DNA of 64,000 nucleotides. It comes from Octopus sinensis (taxonomy: Eukaryota). Below are positions 29,034-40,036 of this stretch, piece by piece; within the stretch, counting starts at the first letter, position 1; the number at the start of each line of letters is the position of its first letter. A program made the translations under genes and the position numbers. The DNA lies in the NCBI RefSeq assembly GCF_006345805.1, contig NC_043012.1:32798001-32862000 (forward strand). Direction: 5' to 3'. The notes under the pieces are model-generated. The model saw only the letters and a list, made by a program, of their open reading frames with translations. It did no database searches and was not told the DNA's origin.

Positions 29034-29540
29034 TCTTTACTTGTTTCGTTCGTTTGACTGTGGCCATGCTGGAGCACTGCCTTTAGTCGAGCAAATCGAC
29101 CCTAGGTCTTATTCTTTGTTAGGCTTAGTACTTATTCTATCAGTCTCTTTTGCCAAACCGCTAAATATATACATATTGTTATGCAGATATTGAAACAAGA
29201 GTTTATAACATTGTTCAAGATTGTAGGGGACTATTTACTGTGGAAAATACTAACAAAAATAAGGAAAATACAAAATTAAATTAATTATTATTGATATATA
29301 AAATAAATGGTATAATTAAATATTAGAATTAAAATATATTAACAAGCTGTAGATCTAAAATAGAAAGAGTAAGCTGCATGTTAATTAAAATTGATTAAAC
29401 CAAAAGATTAACTTTCTTGTTCAATCTTCTAGCACTTGATGGCACATCGTTACATCCATAGCATGATTCTAATGGTTCTAAACATACAATGGTAGTAAAA
29501 GTATTTATGAATGGTAAGTTGCAAGGGCAACCAGAAAACG

Positions 29541-29776
29541 TCATCGTACCTCTCCTCCACCTCATCGTTCCTCTCCTCCACCTCATCGTTCCTCTCCTCC
29601 ACCTCATCGTACCTCTCCTCCATCTCACCGTACCTCTCCTCCACCTCATCGTACCTCTCCCCCACCTCATCGTACCTCTCCCCCACCTCATCGTACCTCT
29701 CCCCCACCTCATCGTACCTCTCCTCCACCTCATCGTACCTCTCCTCCACCTCATCGTACCTCTCCTCCACCTCATC
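29541..29776. repeat. 21-bp minisatellite (tcatcgtacctctcctccacc), ~11 copies
   Basis: Direct inspection; single-base variants occur in blocks. Confidence 0.95.
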
Positions 29777-29941
29777 CTGCCTTTGCTGGAAACATTGATC
29801 AGTAGTTGAAGGTGTTACTTTCATGATACCATACTAAATTACTTGCATACGTTTAAGTGAAATATAATTTGACTTTTCTCACTGAATAATTAAAGAATCA
29901 GTCCCTCTATGGAGATAGGTATTAGGTGTCGGGAATGGTGT

Positions 29942-30152
29942 TTAACCCTTCAGCATTCAGATTACTTGGTCAAATGTATTGCTTATCTATTCACATTGTT
30001 TTTAAATCTAACATTCGTTATCTTGTAGCTTCAAGATAATTATGATGTGATTGTTTAATTTTAGAATGTCATTGTACGGTAAATGTGAGAACCTGAATCT
30101 GTCTGGCCTGAACATAAAACCAGATATGTCCAGTTTAAATGCTAAAAATGTA
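29942..30152 (+). mobile_element. TTAA MITE family 1 copy (partials also ~4150-4310, 20250-20340, 32575-32660, 34665-34830)
   Basis: ttaacccttcagcattcagattac...tttaaatgctaaaa. Confidence 0.7.
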
Positions 30153-30229
30153 AATGTAACATCTGTCTCAAATACAGAGTTAGGACTTGCTTGTTAAACT
30201 ATGCCTTGTCTCTCCTTCTGTGTGGGTGT

Positions 30230-30585
30230 ATTTTATCTTTTACCTGTTTCAGTTATTAGACTGCACTCATGCTGGGGCACCACCTTGAATTTTTATCTAC
30301 TTAGATTTTGTAAAGCCTGGTTCTTATTCTATCAGTTGCATTTACTGGACCACTAAGATACGGGGACATAAATACATGAACACCAGTTGTCAAGTGGTTG
30401 TAATGGTGGGGGGCATAGACAGAAAGACACACACACATATGATGGGCTTCTTTCAGTTTCCGCCTGCCAAATCCACTCACAAGGCTTTGGTTGGCCCAAA
30501 GGCTATAGTAGAAAACACTTGCCCAAGGTTCCACACAGTGGAACTGAACCCAGAACCATGTGATTCGGAAGCAAGCTTCTTGTCA
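30230..30585 (-). mobile_element. SINE A copy, reverse
   Basis: Reverse complement of the family blocks. Confidence 0.78.
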
Positions 30586-30807
30586 CATGCACACGCGCAC
30601 ACACACACATATATATTCCCACTTGAATGTGAATGTTCTATTAGAACAAACTTTACTGCTTGTTACAGATGCCATGGGAGAAACCTTCATATGGGCTTTC
30701 GGTGCAAAATGCATGCTTGGTGGAGATTTATCTCCCTGCTAGTGATATAAACAGGAGTGCATTTTGCCTGAAAAACATATATGAGAGTTTCTCTCATGGT
30801 ATCTACT

Positions 30808-31224
30808 AGGCGGTGAGCTGGCAGAAACGTTAGCACGCCAAGCGAAATGCGTAGTTGTATTTCGTCTGCCGTTACGTTCTGAGTTCAAATTCCGCCGAGG
30901 TCGACTTTGCCTTTCATCCTTTCAGGGTCGATTAAATAAGTACCAGTTATGCACTGGGGTCGGTATAATCGATTTAATCCGTGTGTCTGTCCTTGTTTGT
31001 CCCCTCTGTGTTTAGCCACTTGTGGGCAATAAAAAAACAGGTATTTTGTCTGCCGCTACATTGTGAGTTCAAATTCCGCCGAGGTTGACTTTGTCTTTCA
31101 TCCTTTTGAGGTCGATTAAATAAGTACCAGTTATGCACTGGGGTCGATATAATCGACTTAATCCATTTGTCTGTCCTTGTTTGTCCCCTCTGTGTTTAAG
31201 CCCCTTGTGTATAGTAAAAAAATA
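30808..31224 (+). mobile_element. SINE family B tandem dimer with 10-bp TSD
   Basis: gctggcagaaacgttagc...gagttcaaattccgccgaggtcgactttgcctttcatcctttc.gggtcgattaaataagtacc. The central block resembles the Sauria/MESC-type conserved SINE domain (recalled). TSD ggtatctact at 30798-807 and 31225-34. Confidence 0.82.
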
Positions 31225-31639
31225 GGTATCTACTACAGTGAAGTTTGTTCTAGCAAAACATCCACGTTTAATTGGGAATAAATATTATCTCTTGGTATTA
31301 TACTACCTCTTTTGCTAATTTATATTTTTTAACAAGCTCACTGGCTAATTGCAATGTCAGTGCCTGTTCAGGCACTGATTTTCTATACATTGCTAGTCAA
31401 GAGATGAGTCGTTGCTATCTCCAGCAGACAAGCGTCCACCAACAATGAGACCAAGGAAGGTCGAAATCCCATGATCTGTTGGTCTCAGCGCTGGAGTTGG
31501 TGGTGACTCATCTCCCCACAAGCTTGCATTTTGAACCAAAAGCCTATGCGAGAGTTTCTCTTGTGGTATCTACTGCAGTAAAGTTTGTTCAAACAGAACA
31601 ATAATATTACCTCTCAGCATTAACACTACCTCTGTTGCT

Positions 31640-31703
<64 letters not shown>

Positions 31704-32114
31704 AACTGCTGATTAGTCAATAAATCCAAAGACTGTAGCTCAATTAGAGCAAATACTACAGCAAAAAGATCGGTCGTTAGTTAAAAAGAGACTGAAGTTA
31801 CTATTAGAGCTATTAAACTTTCTGGTTGTCTGCTTTCATATAAGTAAGGTATCCCAATTAATTTAAACTCTAATTTAAGTTTTAGTTTGAATGTGTTGAC
31901 ATGTGCTTTAAAAAAACTTCAATGTTTGTTGTTAGTTTCATTCTATTGGGTGATACAAGCAGTCTTTAAAGGTGTAGCTTCTAATTAAAGAAAGATGAGT
32001 TGAGATTCTTGTGGTATCTTGCTATGGATGCTTAAGCAGCAGTATGTATATGTTGAGCACATGGCATTTGAAATATCTTATGTGAGTGCATAAATGTTTC
32101 ACTTTCTCTTTCAG

Positions 32115-32222
32115 ATTGGACCGGTATCACATCCTGGCAATTTGATAGTTGCAGCGGTAGTCATCAATGATGTTCCCACACACTGTCGAAATATGCTTAC
32201 AAAAGGCACGGCACAAGAAGAG
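32115..32222 (+). CDS. KHDC4: KHDC4 exon B (108 nt, phase 0/0), start of first KH-like domain
   Basis: Acceptor actttctctttcag, donor GAG|gtgcat. [36 protein letters not shown] resembles KHDC4 [27 protein letters not shown]. Confidence 0.92.
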
Positions 32223-32722
32223 GTGCATTAATATTCTATTACTTATTCGAGAATGTTTCCCTTCTGTGCATGCATGTGTGCGTGCGTGTGTTTTAAATCA
32301 ACTCTAGAAGACATTTTTGAACTTTTAATTCCATCTTTGTATATACCATGTTGAAATCCACTTCATCTTAAATGCCACTCATAAACTATGCTCTTTCTAC
32401 TTCAAATAGCTACATGTGAATCTGAGAAATCTTTATTATTAATAATTGTTAATTATCATTAAGATTTAATTGAAGAATCATTTGTGTGTTGAAGGGAATG
32501 TCTTACTGTATTTCAGCAGTTCAACTCCTGTTGAAGTCAACTTTGCCTTTCCTCTCTCCAGGGTTGATAAATTAAACCTTTAGCATTTAGATTTCTTCGT
32601 CAAATGTATTGCTTCTTTATTCCCATTGTATTGAATTAATCACACATTATCTTGTAGCCTTACTATTGTTTGTATTATTATTATTATTATTCAGCTCTAT
32701 ATTTAAGAGATGAGCATTTATG

Positions 32723-32891
32723 TACATTATTTACATTTGACTGATATTAGTCCTCATCTTGTTTATTGATAACACAATGTTTCGGCTGATATACCCTCCA
32801 GACACCTGATGAAAGCTGGAGGGTATATCAGCTGAAACATCTTAACAACAAACAAGATGGGGACACATATCCGTCAAATGTAAATAATGTA
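32723..32891. mobile_element. Fold-back element with decayed hammerhead core (Penelope pLTR-like)
   Basis: Arms tacattatttacatttgac...gtttcggctgatataccctccag and ctggagggtatatcagctgaaac...gtcaaatgtaaataatgta. CTGATGA at 32806-12, stem AGCTG/CAGCT, GAAAC at 32834-38. Confidence 0.7.
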
Positions 32892-32929
32892 GTATTATTG
32901 TTATTATTATCATTATTTTTATTTTTGTC

Positions 32930-34097
32930 CCGAAAGTAATGCAAGATTGGGTAGAACATTATTCGCTGGGGCATAAGGCATTGAGATTGCATATCTTGGT
33001 TGAGTAACTCTTTCTCTCTATAAAGGGACTAAATATAGTTTCCTGAACAGGTGGAATTTGGAAGGCACCAAATCCAAGCTGTACAATGGATGGAGGACCA
33101 TTCAGCAGCCAATTGTTTGATCTGTTGCCAAAAATGTGTGTAGTCATGCATTGTCATAGTGTATGTGGGTTGTTTTTAGATTCTTGATTGGTTTCTTTCT
33201 CCTAATGACTTGGCCCCTCTCTAAGTTTCAATCTACTGCTTCTTGTTCATGGTTTCAGCCATATTTCAGAAAATCAAGACGATCGATGTCTTTGTCATGA
33301 AAAAAAACAAGACACGGTCACCATGATTATTTGTGCCAATCACTGGCTCTTGATCTTCTTAGGACTTATTCTATGGACTGAGCCCTCTGGATTGTTTCTG
33401 TATCATAAAGAAATGACCATGTTTCATCCCCCTGTTATTAAATTGGGGTGGGGGAGTCTTCATTGGCCTCAAGTACTTCTAGCAGATTAAGTCAGACTTC
33501 TACTCTTCTTTTCTTCTTATCAGATATTAATTACTGAGATCCTCATTTTGCACACACCTTCCAGTACCTAAAATCTTCTATCTTGTGTAATGTATTGGGA
33601 TCACAGTCAAGCTGTACAACAGGCTCACAAATTGTGATTTATCTGTCACCATGAATTAACTTGTCTACTCTCCAGTAAATCATGCCAGTGGTCACAATTG
33701 ACAGTCTCCCACTACATGGTTTATCTTCAATGCAGGTTTTTCTCCTTCATCAAACTTTTCCATCCATATGTGCACATTGCTCTTGTCCAGTGGTGTCATC
33801 ACCAATAAATATCTTGTAGCCTTCTGTGGATGTCAGACAACCTGTGCCCCACCTTTGTCAAGACTCAGTGAAGAGATGTTGTTTCTAAATAGAACCCGTT
33901 ATTTACCAGAAGTGAAGAACTTGAAGAAGAGTTACTCTCCCATCGTGTGCAGTCGGTGTCTTCAGATTTACTTGTGTTGCTATTCTAAATTTTTCATTGT
34001 GACATTCTTAAAACATTGCAAGAACCATAATTTCAAAAATACTGTCTAAAACTGTTTTCTAAAAAGATCGGCCATTACCTTTGCACCAAACTGATGT
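32930..34097 (-). pseudogene. Decayed mariner (DD34D-type) transposon
   Basis: Minus-strand relics IHRRLQDIY, DKPCSGR, WKVCAK, ITG-DETW (1-nt insertion, ~33415-33440), HDNA, YSLDLVPSKFHLF (~33045-33085, cf. YSPDLAPSDFHLF). Possible degenerate TIRs aaagtaatgca (~32934) and cattacctttgc (~34075). Confidence 0.85.
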
Positions 34098-34143
34098 ATT
34101 TATTTATATGTAATCTTATATCTCTTTTTTTATATTTATATAG

Positions 34144-34220
34144 ATATCAAAACTGAGTGGAGCTTCTGTTTCTACAAGAGGCAGATATATGAGTCCTGAA
34201 GATAAAATAAAATTTGCAGG
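34144..34220 (+). CDS. KHDC4: KHDC4 exon C (77 nt), ending at a GC donor
   Basis: Acceptor ...atttatatag. ISKLSGASVSTRGRYMSPEDKIKFA+GG resembles ISRLSGAAVSTRGRFM. Frame with exon D requires CAGG|gcaagt. Confidence 0.88.
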
Positions 34221-34230
34221 GCAAGTAATC
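34219..34230 (+). promoter_or_regulatory. Non-canonical GC 5' splice site (GG|GCAAGT) overlapping a GT donor 4 nt downstream
   Basis: Only the GC donor gives phase 2, which matches exon D; positions +3 to +6 are consensus AAGT. Confidence 0.82.
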
Positions 34231-34977
34231 CTATAAAACTGTTTAAAAGTCATTTCAACACACACATACACTAGGAGAATGTTACTACAGTAATACCACT
34301 TGACTTTTCAAAAACCTGTATAACTTTTATTTATTTATTGATAATGTTTTATCAGTTGGTTGAAGTTAACAATGTCAGTAAGTTGCAAGATAGGAATAGT
34401 ATGGGAGCGTGTGCTTTAACAATGCGTCACTGCATCACCAGGCTGATTACGTCTTTGCACCTCTCAGGCAACAACCCTCCAACCCAAGGGTCTGTTTTTG
34501 GGTAATTGTTGCTAGTGTTGTGGGCTTTACGAGGTTAAATTTCAAATCCTACCTTAACATTTTTTAGTCGCCTTTAAGACACACAGAGGAAACGTTGGAT
34601 CTATTTTTTGATCTACCAATCCCCTCACAGCACATACACTGTAAGATACTTTAAATATAAATGTATTAACTCGTTAACATTCAGATTTCTCTGTTTTAAA
34701 TGTAATTGCTTATTCATTCATTTTGTTTTGAATTAATCATGCATTATCTTTTAACTTTAAGATTTTGATAATGTAATTATTTATTTTTATAACATTGTAG
34801 GATAGTGTGAGAAGCTGGATCTGTCTGAGATACTACATTTCTGCCCATTAAAGTTTGAGTGTGTCGTTTTTAATGTGTGTGAGATAATTGCTTTCTCCCC
34901 CTCCCCCCACTTCTCTCTCTTTCTCCACCTTACAAATGATATTCAGGTGGACCCTAGATCACTTGCATACATTAAAC

Positions 34978-35231
34978 CAGTGATTCTCAACCAGGGTCCA
35001 TTTGGCCCATGGGGGTTCATATTCATTTTTTTTTGTTAAAATTTATCTGCAACAAATTGCTCTTGCTTCTGCAATACATCAAGTATTTTAATTTTTTTTT
35101 TTATACAGTTCCTAATAATATAAAAATATAATATAACATTATTATTTAAACATTAAATGGTTAGGAAAGTCCATTCAAGAACAATAGGAACCAAAGAGGT
35201 TCTGTAGATAAAAAATAGTTGAGAACTACTT
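34978..35231. mobile_element. hAT-Charlie-type MITE
   Basis: TIR cagtgattctcaac / gttgagaactactt; 8-bp TSD cattaaac/cattagac. Confidence 0.8.
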
Positions 35232-35884
35232 CATTAGACTAAAGTTTTCCAAAAACAGCTTGGCAAATTAATATACTTTTTAATTTCTTCATCTTGGCCG
35301 TATTAAAATTTATGCTTTCCCATTAATAAACAACCAGCTAAATTAACTAGCACATTGACTTTCAGCTGCATATAGGAAGGAAACCTCAGTTTTCTTAACA
35401 ATGACTTGTAAGCCAAAGTAGCAACAACATGGAATCATGGTTCTGATAACCCAATATGATTTCATCAATCTTGAAGGGCCTGCGAAGCCTCTTCTTCCAG
35501 ACCAAACCTGCAAATTTTCCAGGTGTTTGTCTTCACTTGAAGGCAAGCTACATATGATTGCACTGTCTGAAGACATTTTCATTATCTGATTAAGAGCAAA
35601 GACCAAATAAAAACTGCAGTTGGGTACAGAGGAGAATGACAGCCAACACTTATTTTCTTGTGTAAAACTTTTCAGGTGTACTGTTACAAATAGATATCCA
35701 ATTCATCAAATGAGTGTGTAATGGAGATATATACGAGACATTGTGGCCACTTGTATCATTACAGTAAAGATGATAACCACTCATTATATCACTAATTGAT
35801 ATAATAGCATACATGCATTCACTTGCACAAAGTTGCTAATTTCTCTATAAAATGATGATCTGATACTTTTTACTCTACTCAGAA

Positions 35885-36260
35885 TCTACCTGTTGCCAGC
35901 GTCCCCACCACGGTGAGGAGGGGACACTGGCAATGGGCAGTGTCAGAGCTATGCCGTCGGAACTTCGGTACCTAGTAGGGCCACCCAAGGTGGATTGGTC
36001 TGACATCACAACCCAGCAGACGGGGCTCTAGTGAAAATCCTCGGAGTGTCTTTTCGGCAACCGGCGGCTCCTCGGTCGTTCTGTCCCTGCGTCTGCGGAC
36101 AATCTGCGGCAAACAGGATGTCTCCACATGCGGGATTGTTGGGGACCGCTTGTGAAATCCACATATTCCCATGAAACTTCTTCCATGAGTAGAAGAAGCC
36201 GACTCAACCCGCCCAGGGTGAATGTCGCTACAAGTACAAGTAAGTACTCAGAATCTGAGT
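35885..36260. other. GC/CpG-rich insert of uncertain origin, possibly a non-LTR retrotransposon fragment
   Basis: Sharp compositional island; hairpin at 35893-35933; weak + strand peptide DGALVKILGVSF resembling an RT domain-7 motif. Confidence 0.35.
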
Positions 36261-36956
36261 GAGCATTGATAAAGTTGTGTATTTAGCATCCTTGTTGATG
36301 TGATTTTGATTTTGTCTTAATTCTTAACCCATTTTGCTTCTATTTAACTTTAGCTATGGCTTAAAAGAAATATGCATATGATGTTCAGATCAATATCTCA
36401 GTCAAATATATTTTCATTGAATTTATATTCAGTTATGTCCCTTTGCATTCTGTGTTCAAACCCTGCCATGGTTGATATTTTTTTAACCTTTCATATTTCT
36501 GGGGTTCATATAATTGATTGAACCCCACCCCCACTCCCGTGAATTAGTGTATTCTTATGTTAGAAATCTAATTTAACTTTCTGGTCCTTCATGGTGGGTG
36601 TTGGGTGTTTAATTCATGGCTCATTTACTATACACTGGAAATAGATGTTTTTGCATCATACTAATCTGACTTTGCTTTGGAACTCGTGTGTTGGGTCATC
36701 AGTGATGATTCTTTGTATGCGAATGTATGTGTGTCATCATCTTCATCATCATTTAGCGTCCTCCTCCTTCCATACTGGCAAAGGTTGGATGGTTTGACAG
36801 GAATTGGCCAAGCTGAAGCCTGTTTTGGCATGGGGATTTTTTTTATGGCTGGATGCCCTTCCTAACACCAACCACTCCATAATATAGAAAAATCTGATTC
36901 TTCCATTTATAGCCACAGTGTTTATATAATTTTTTTTTTTTATTTCCCTTCTACAG

Positions 36957-37018
36957 ACAAGCTAAAGAAAAACCATTGTACCTTTGTGTTCAAGGACCAA
37001 CTCAGGAAACTGTTGACA
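36957..37018 (+). CDS. KHDC4: KHDC4 exon D (62 nt)
   Basis: Long T tract then ctacag, donor GACA|gtaagt. QAKEKPLYLCVQGPTQETVD resembles DRPLYLHVQGQTRELVD. Confidence 0.92.
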
Positions 37019-37119
37019 GTAAGTTAATACATAGGTTCACTTTGTCTTTTATCAGTAAAACGTATTGAGGGGTCAGTCTCTCAGCATAGCCACAGTCCAA
37101 TTAGGGAAACCAGTAACAG

Positions 37120-37500
37120 ACTCTTTTACTTGTTTCAGACATTTGACTGCAACCATGCTGGAGCACCACCTTGAAGGGTTATAGTTCGACTCCAGAACAT
37201 TTTCTTTAAGTCTAGTACTTTTCTATCAGCATCTATTGCTGAACTGCTAAGTTATAGATGTAAAACACTAATGCCAGTTATCAAGTGGTGGTGGGGGACA
37301 AACAGACACAAATCCAGATATATATATATGTATATGACGGGCTTCTTTCAGTTTCTGCCCACCAAATCCACTCACAAGACTATGGCTATAGTCAGCCCAA
37401 GGCTATAGTAGAAGACGCTCACTGAAGGTGCCATGCAGTAGGCCTGAACCTGAAACCATGGGATTGGGAAGTAAGCTTCTTATCATGCAGCCATGCCTGT
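37120..37500 (-). mobile_element. SINE A copy, reverse (partials also ~5147-5330, 7205-7405(-), 11797-11915, 13545-13850, 21420-21560(-), 24200-24290(-), 28875-29165 pair, 57850-57940)
   Basis: Reverse complement of the family blocks. Confidence 0.78.
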
Positions 37501-37984
37501 GCCCTTAGAAGGGAAATATTTACAGGGGCTAAAGTTGTGGATAATATGAACACAAAATGAATTGACAAATAGCTGAATGAATAATGGACTCTGTTACTGG
37601 GTTGTATGTTATAAATTCAAGTTGTACGAATAGTGTATGTTAACCTCTGTGAAGGTACATTTTTTTAATGTAAATTAAATTATAATCTTCATGAAATGTC
37701 ATTGTCCTACAACAAGAAGGTTTTAAATGACATTTTCACTTGAAGAGTGTAATTGGGGTGAGAGGGTAGCATGAAAGGGTGCAATAGAGGACACAGTGGT
37801 GTCTGTTGGTGAGGGAGAGAGAGACTGAGATGAACGTCAATAATGAGTGACTTAGAAGAGAAAAAAATAATAGTTAATAGTACAGAAGGGTGATGGTGGG
37901 GTGTATTGATTTGGAACTAACCTGATGCAGTCTCTTATCTAGGTATTATGATGTGGTAAGGGTGGAAAGAAGAGTGATAAAAAT

Positions 37985-38207
37985 GGTGGCAGAAACGTTA
38001 GCACGCCGGGTGAAATGCTTAGCGGTATTTTGTCTGCTGCTACGTTCTGAGTTCAAATTCTGTCGAGGTTGACTTTGCCTTTCATCCTTTCGGGGTCAAT
38101 TAAATAAGTACCAGTTACGCACTGGGGTCGATATAATTGACTTAATCCGTTAGTCTCTCCTTGTTTGTCCCCTCTGTGTGTAGCCCCTTGTGGGCAGTAA
38201 AGAAATA
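37985..38207 (+). mobile_element. SINE B copy (others ~5881-6210 nested pair, 16900-17060, 19615-19848, 24880-25125(-), 27590-27910(-))
   Basis: Colinear with the first unit of 30808-31224. Confidence 0.8.
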
Positions 38208-38411
38208 AGAGGTAATTAAATATGGACAACCATAAACATTCCTAGTTAGTGCAGGAATGTGGTACAGTAAATGTAAATGAGGATGAGTGATGAAGAAAGA
38301 ACTATGGTGGGGGGGGGCACAGGGATGGATATTCTGTTCTATGCATGTTATAAAGTTTGTGCACATTTGTGATTTTTGTTTTTTATTTCAAGTTTTTTCT
38401 TCTTTATCTAG

Positions 38412-38581
38412 ATGCAGTAAGCCGTATAAACGAAATTATAGCTAATGGTCTTCGACCAAAAGGTAGTAGGTTCTCTCCAATTGTGCGTCCCCCTTCAAAT
38501 TTACCCCCTGGCGTACGTCCTCCACCAATCAACCAACCTCCTCCCACAATGATGTCTTTCCAGCCTCAACATCATCAGAGC
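38412..38581 (+). CDS. KHDC4: KHDC4 exon E (170 nt), KH1 helix plus Pro-rich linker
   Basis: Acceptor tttttcttctttatctag, donor AGC|gtaagt. (N)AVSRINEIIANGLRPKGSRF...QHHQS resembles AVNRIKEIITNG. Confidence 0.92.
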
Positions 38582-38634
38582 GTAAGTAATCTATTGTTAA
38601 CTTATTATGTTATTTGTTTATTATTGTTATTGCC

Positions 38635-39026
38635 TGTGGAGGGAACATGTAGCAGAGGTAGACCCAGGAAGACATAGGACGAAGTGGTGAAGCATGATCT
38701 TCGAACTTTGGGCCTCACAGAGGCAATGACTAGTGGCTAAGACCTTTGGCAATATGCTGTGCTTGAGAAAACCTGTCGAGCCAAGTGAAATCGTAGTTGT
38801 GGCCGATGCCAGTGTCATGTAACTGGCCTGTAAAAGGCACCCTTCAAGCATTGGGCTTCACAGAGGCAAAGTGGCATGTAAAAGAGCCCAGAGTGGTTGG
38901 CATTAGGAAGGGCATCCAACCATAGAAACCATGCCAAATCAGACAGGTGTCTTGTGCAGCCTTCCAGCCCTGGCCAAACCATCAAACTCATGCCGGCATG
39001 GACAACGAACACTAAATGATGATGAT
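38635..39026 (+). mobile_element. Short derivative of the same RTE (ORF2 end plus shortened 3' UTR and GAT tail)
   Basis: gtggagggaacatgtagcagaggtagacccaggaagac...cttcgaactttgggcctcacagagg closely matches ~55805-55930; ends aaatgatgatgat. Confidence 0.85.
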
Positions 39027-39055
39027 AAAAAGGTGCAATAACAAAGAGGCTAAAG

Positions 39056-39282
39056 CAGTGGTTCTCAACTGGGGTCCATATAAGATTTTGGTGTTAAAAT
39101 CTATGTGCAAGAACTTGCTTATACTTCTACAGAACATTAAATTTTTTTTTTTAATAATTCCTGATATCTAATTATAAAGATGCAATGGGATTGTTTTTTT
39201 ACATCAAATGGCTATGGAGGTCCAGTAGAATTAAAATAGGAATCAATGGGGTCCATAGGTAAAAAATGGTTAGAAACCACTA
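39056..39282. mobile_element. hAT-Charlie-type MITE, same family as 34978-35231
   Basis: TIR cagtggttctcaac / gttagaaaccacta; TSD ggctaaag/ggctaaaa; shared internal gggtccat blocks. Confidence 0.8.
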
Positions 39283-39525
39283 GGCTAAAAAAAAGTATTG
39301 AACTTTTAGATTAATGGTTCTGAGTTTGAATCTCTTTGTAGGTATTGTAAATTGCCTGGTGTCAAACTACGGGTGCCAATGACTTCATGCCTTCCTCATT
39401 ATTAATAATTATTAACAATTAATTAATTACACCTTTATACTAAAATGAATTGAAAAGAATATACTTTTGTTTAGAGTGGTGTTATTTTTTTATTATTATA
39501 CTTTTTGAATTATACTAAATTTCAG

Positions 39526-39612
39526 TTAACATTTGTTCAAGAGAAATTATTCATTGGACTAGAACATGCACCACCAACATTTGATGTGAAAACCAAAATT
39601 CTTGGTCCTGCT
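39526..39612 (+). CDS. KHDC4: KHDC4 exon F (87 nt), start of second KH domain
   Basis: Acceptor aaatttcag, donor GCT|gtgagt. [29 protein letters not shown] resembles [27 protein letters not shown]. Confidence 0.93.
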
Positions 39613-40036
39613 GTGAGTAGCATATATTATTGAAAACACCAGTTTCTTCTCTCTCTCTCTCTCTCATTTTCCCATAATTCCCTTATATCCTTATTGTCTT
39701 CAAATTATTGTAAATTTGTTTCATTTTACCATTTTGAATCCCATATTTTGGTTTGTAGTGTACTTTCTCTATTGCCAGGACACATAAATATTTTAGGAAG
39801 ATTGTTGCTTGCATACAGACTAATATTACATGTTAGTTTGTATAAGTGCCAACTGTAGTAGTGTGTACATTATATGTGATAACTCCCACCATGATCTGTA
39901 TATTCATCTGTGTTGCAGTTGGCAGGAAAGCTCAAATTTTATATTACATGAGTCTTTGTGACAATCCTTGTATACTCACCATATATACTTCATTTTAATA
40001 TATTAATATGGATGTAGTCAGAACTCAGAAACTTGT

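Noticed and set aside
29395-29824. Four ORFs of 95-126 aa over the 21-bp array
   Set aside because: A unit length divisible by 3 keeps frames open; there is no splice context or recognisable domain.
34221-34230. Canonical GT donor at 34225 as the productive splice site
   Set aside because: It gives phase 0, and no nearby acceptor before exon D restores the KPLYL frame; retained only as a candidate unproductive site.
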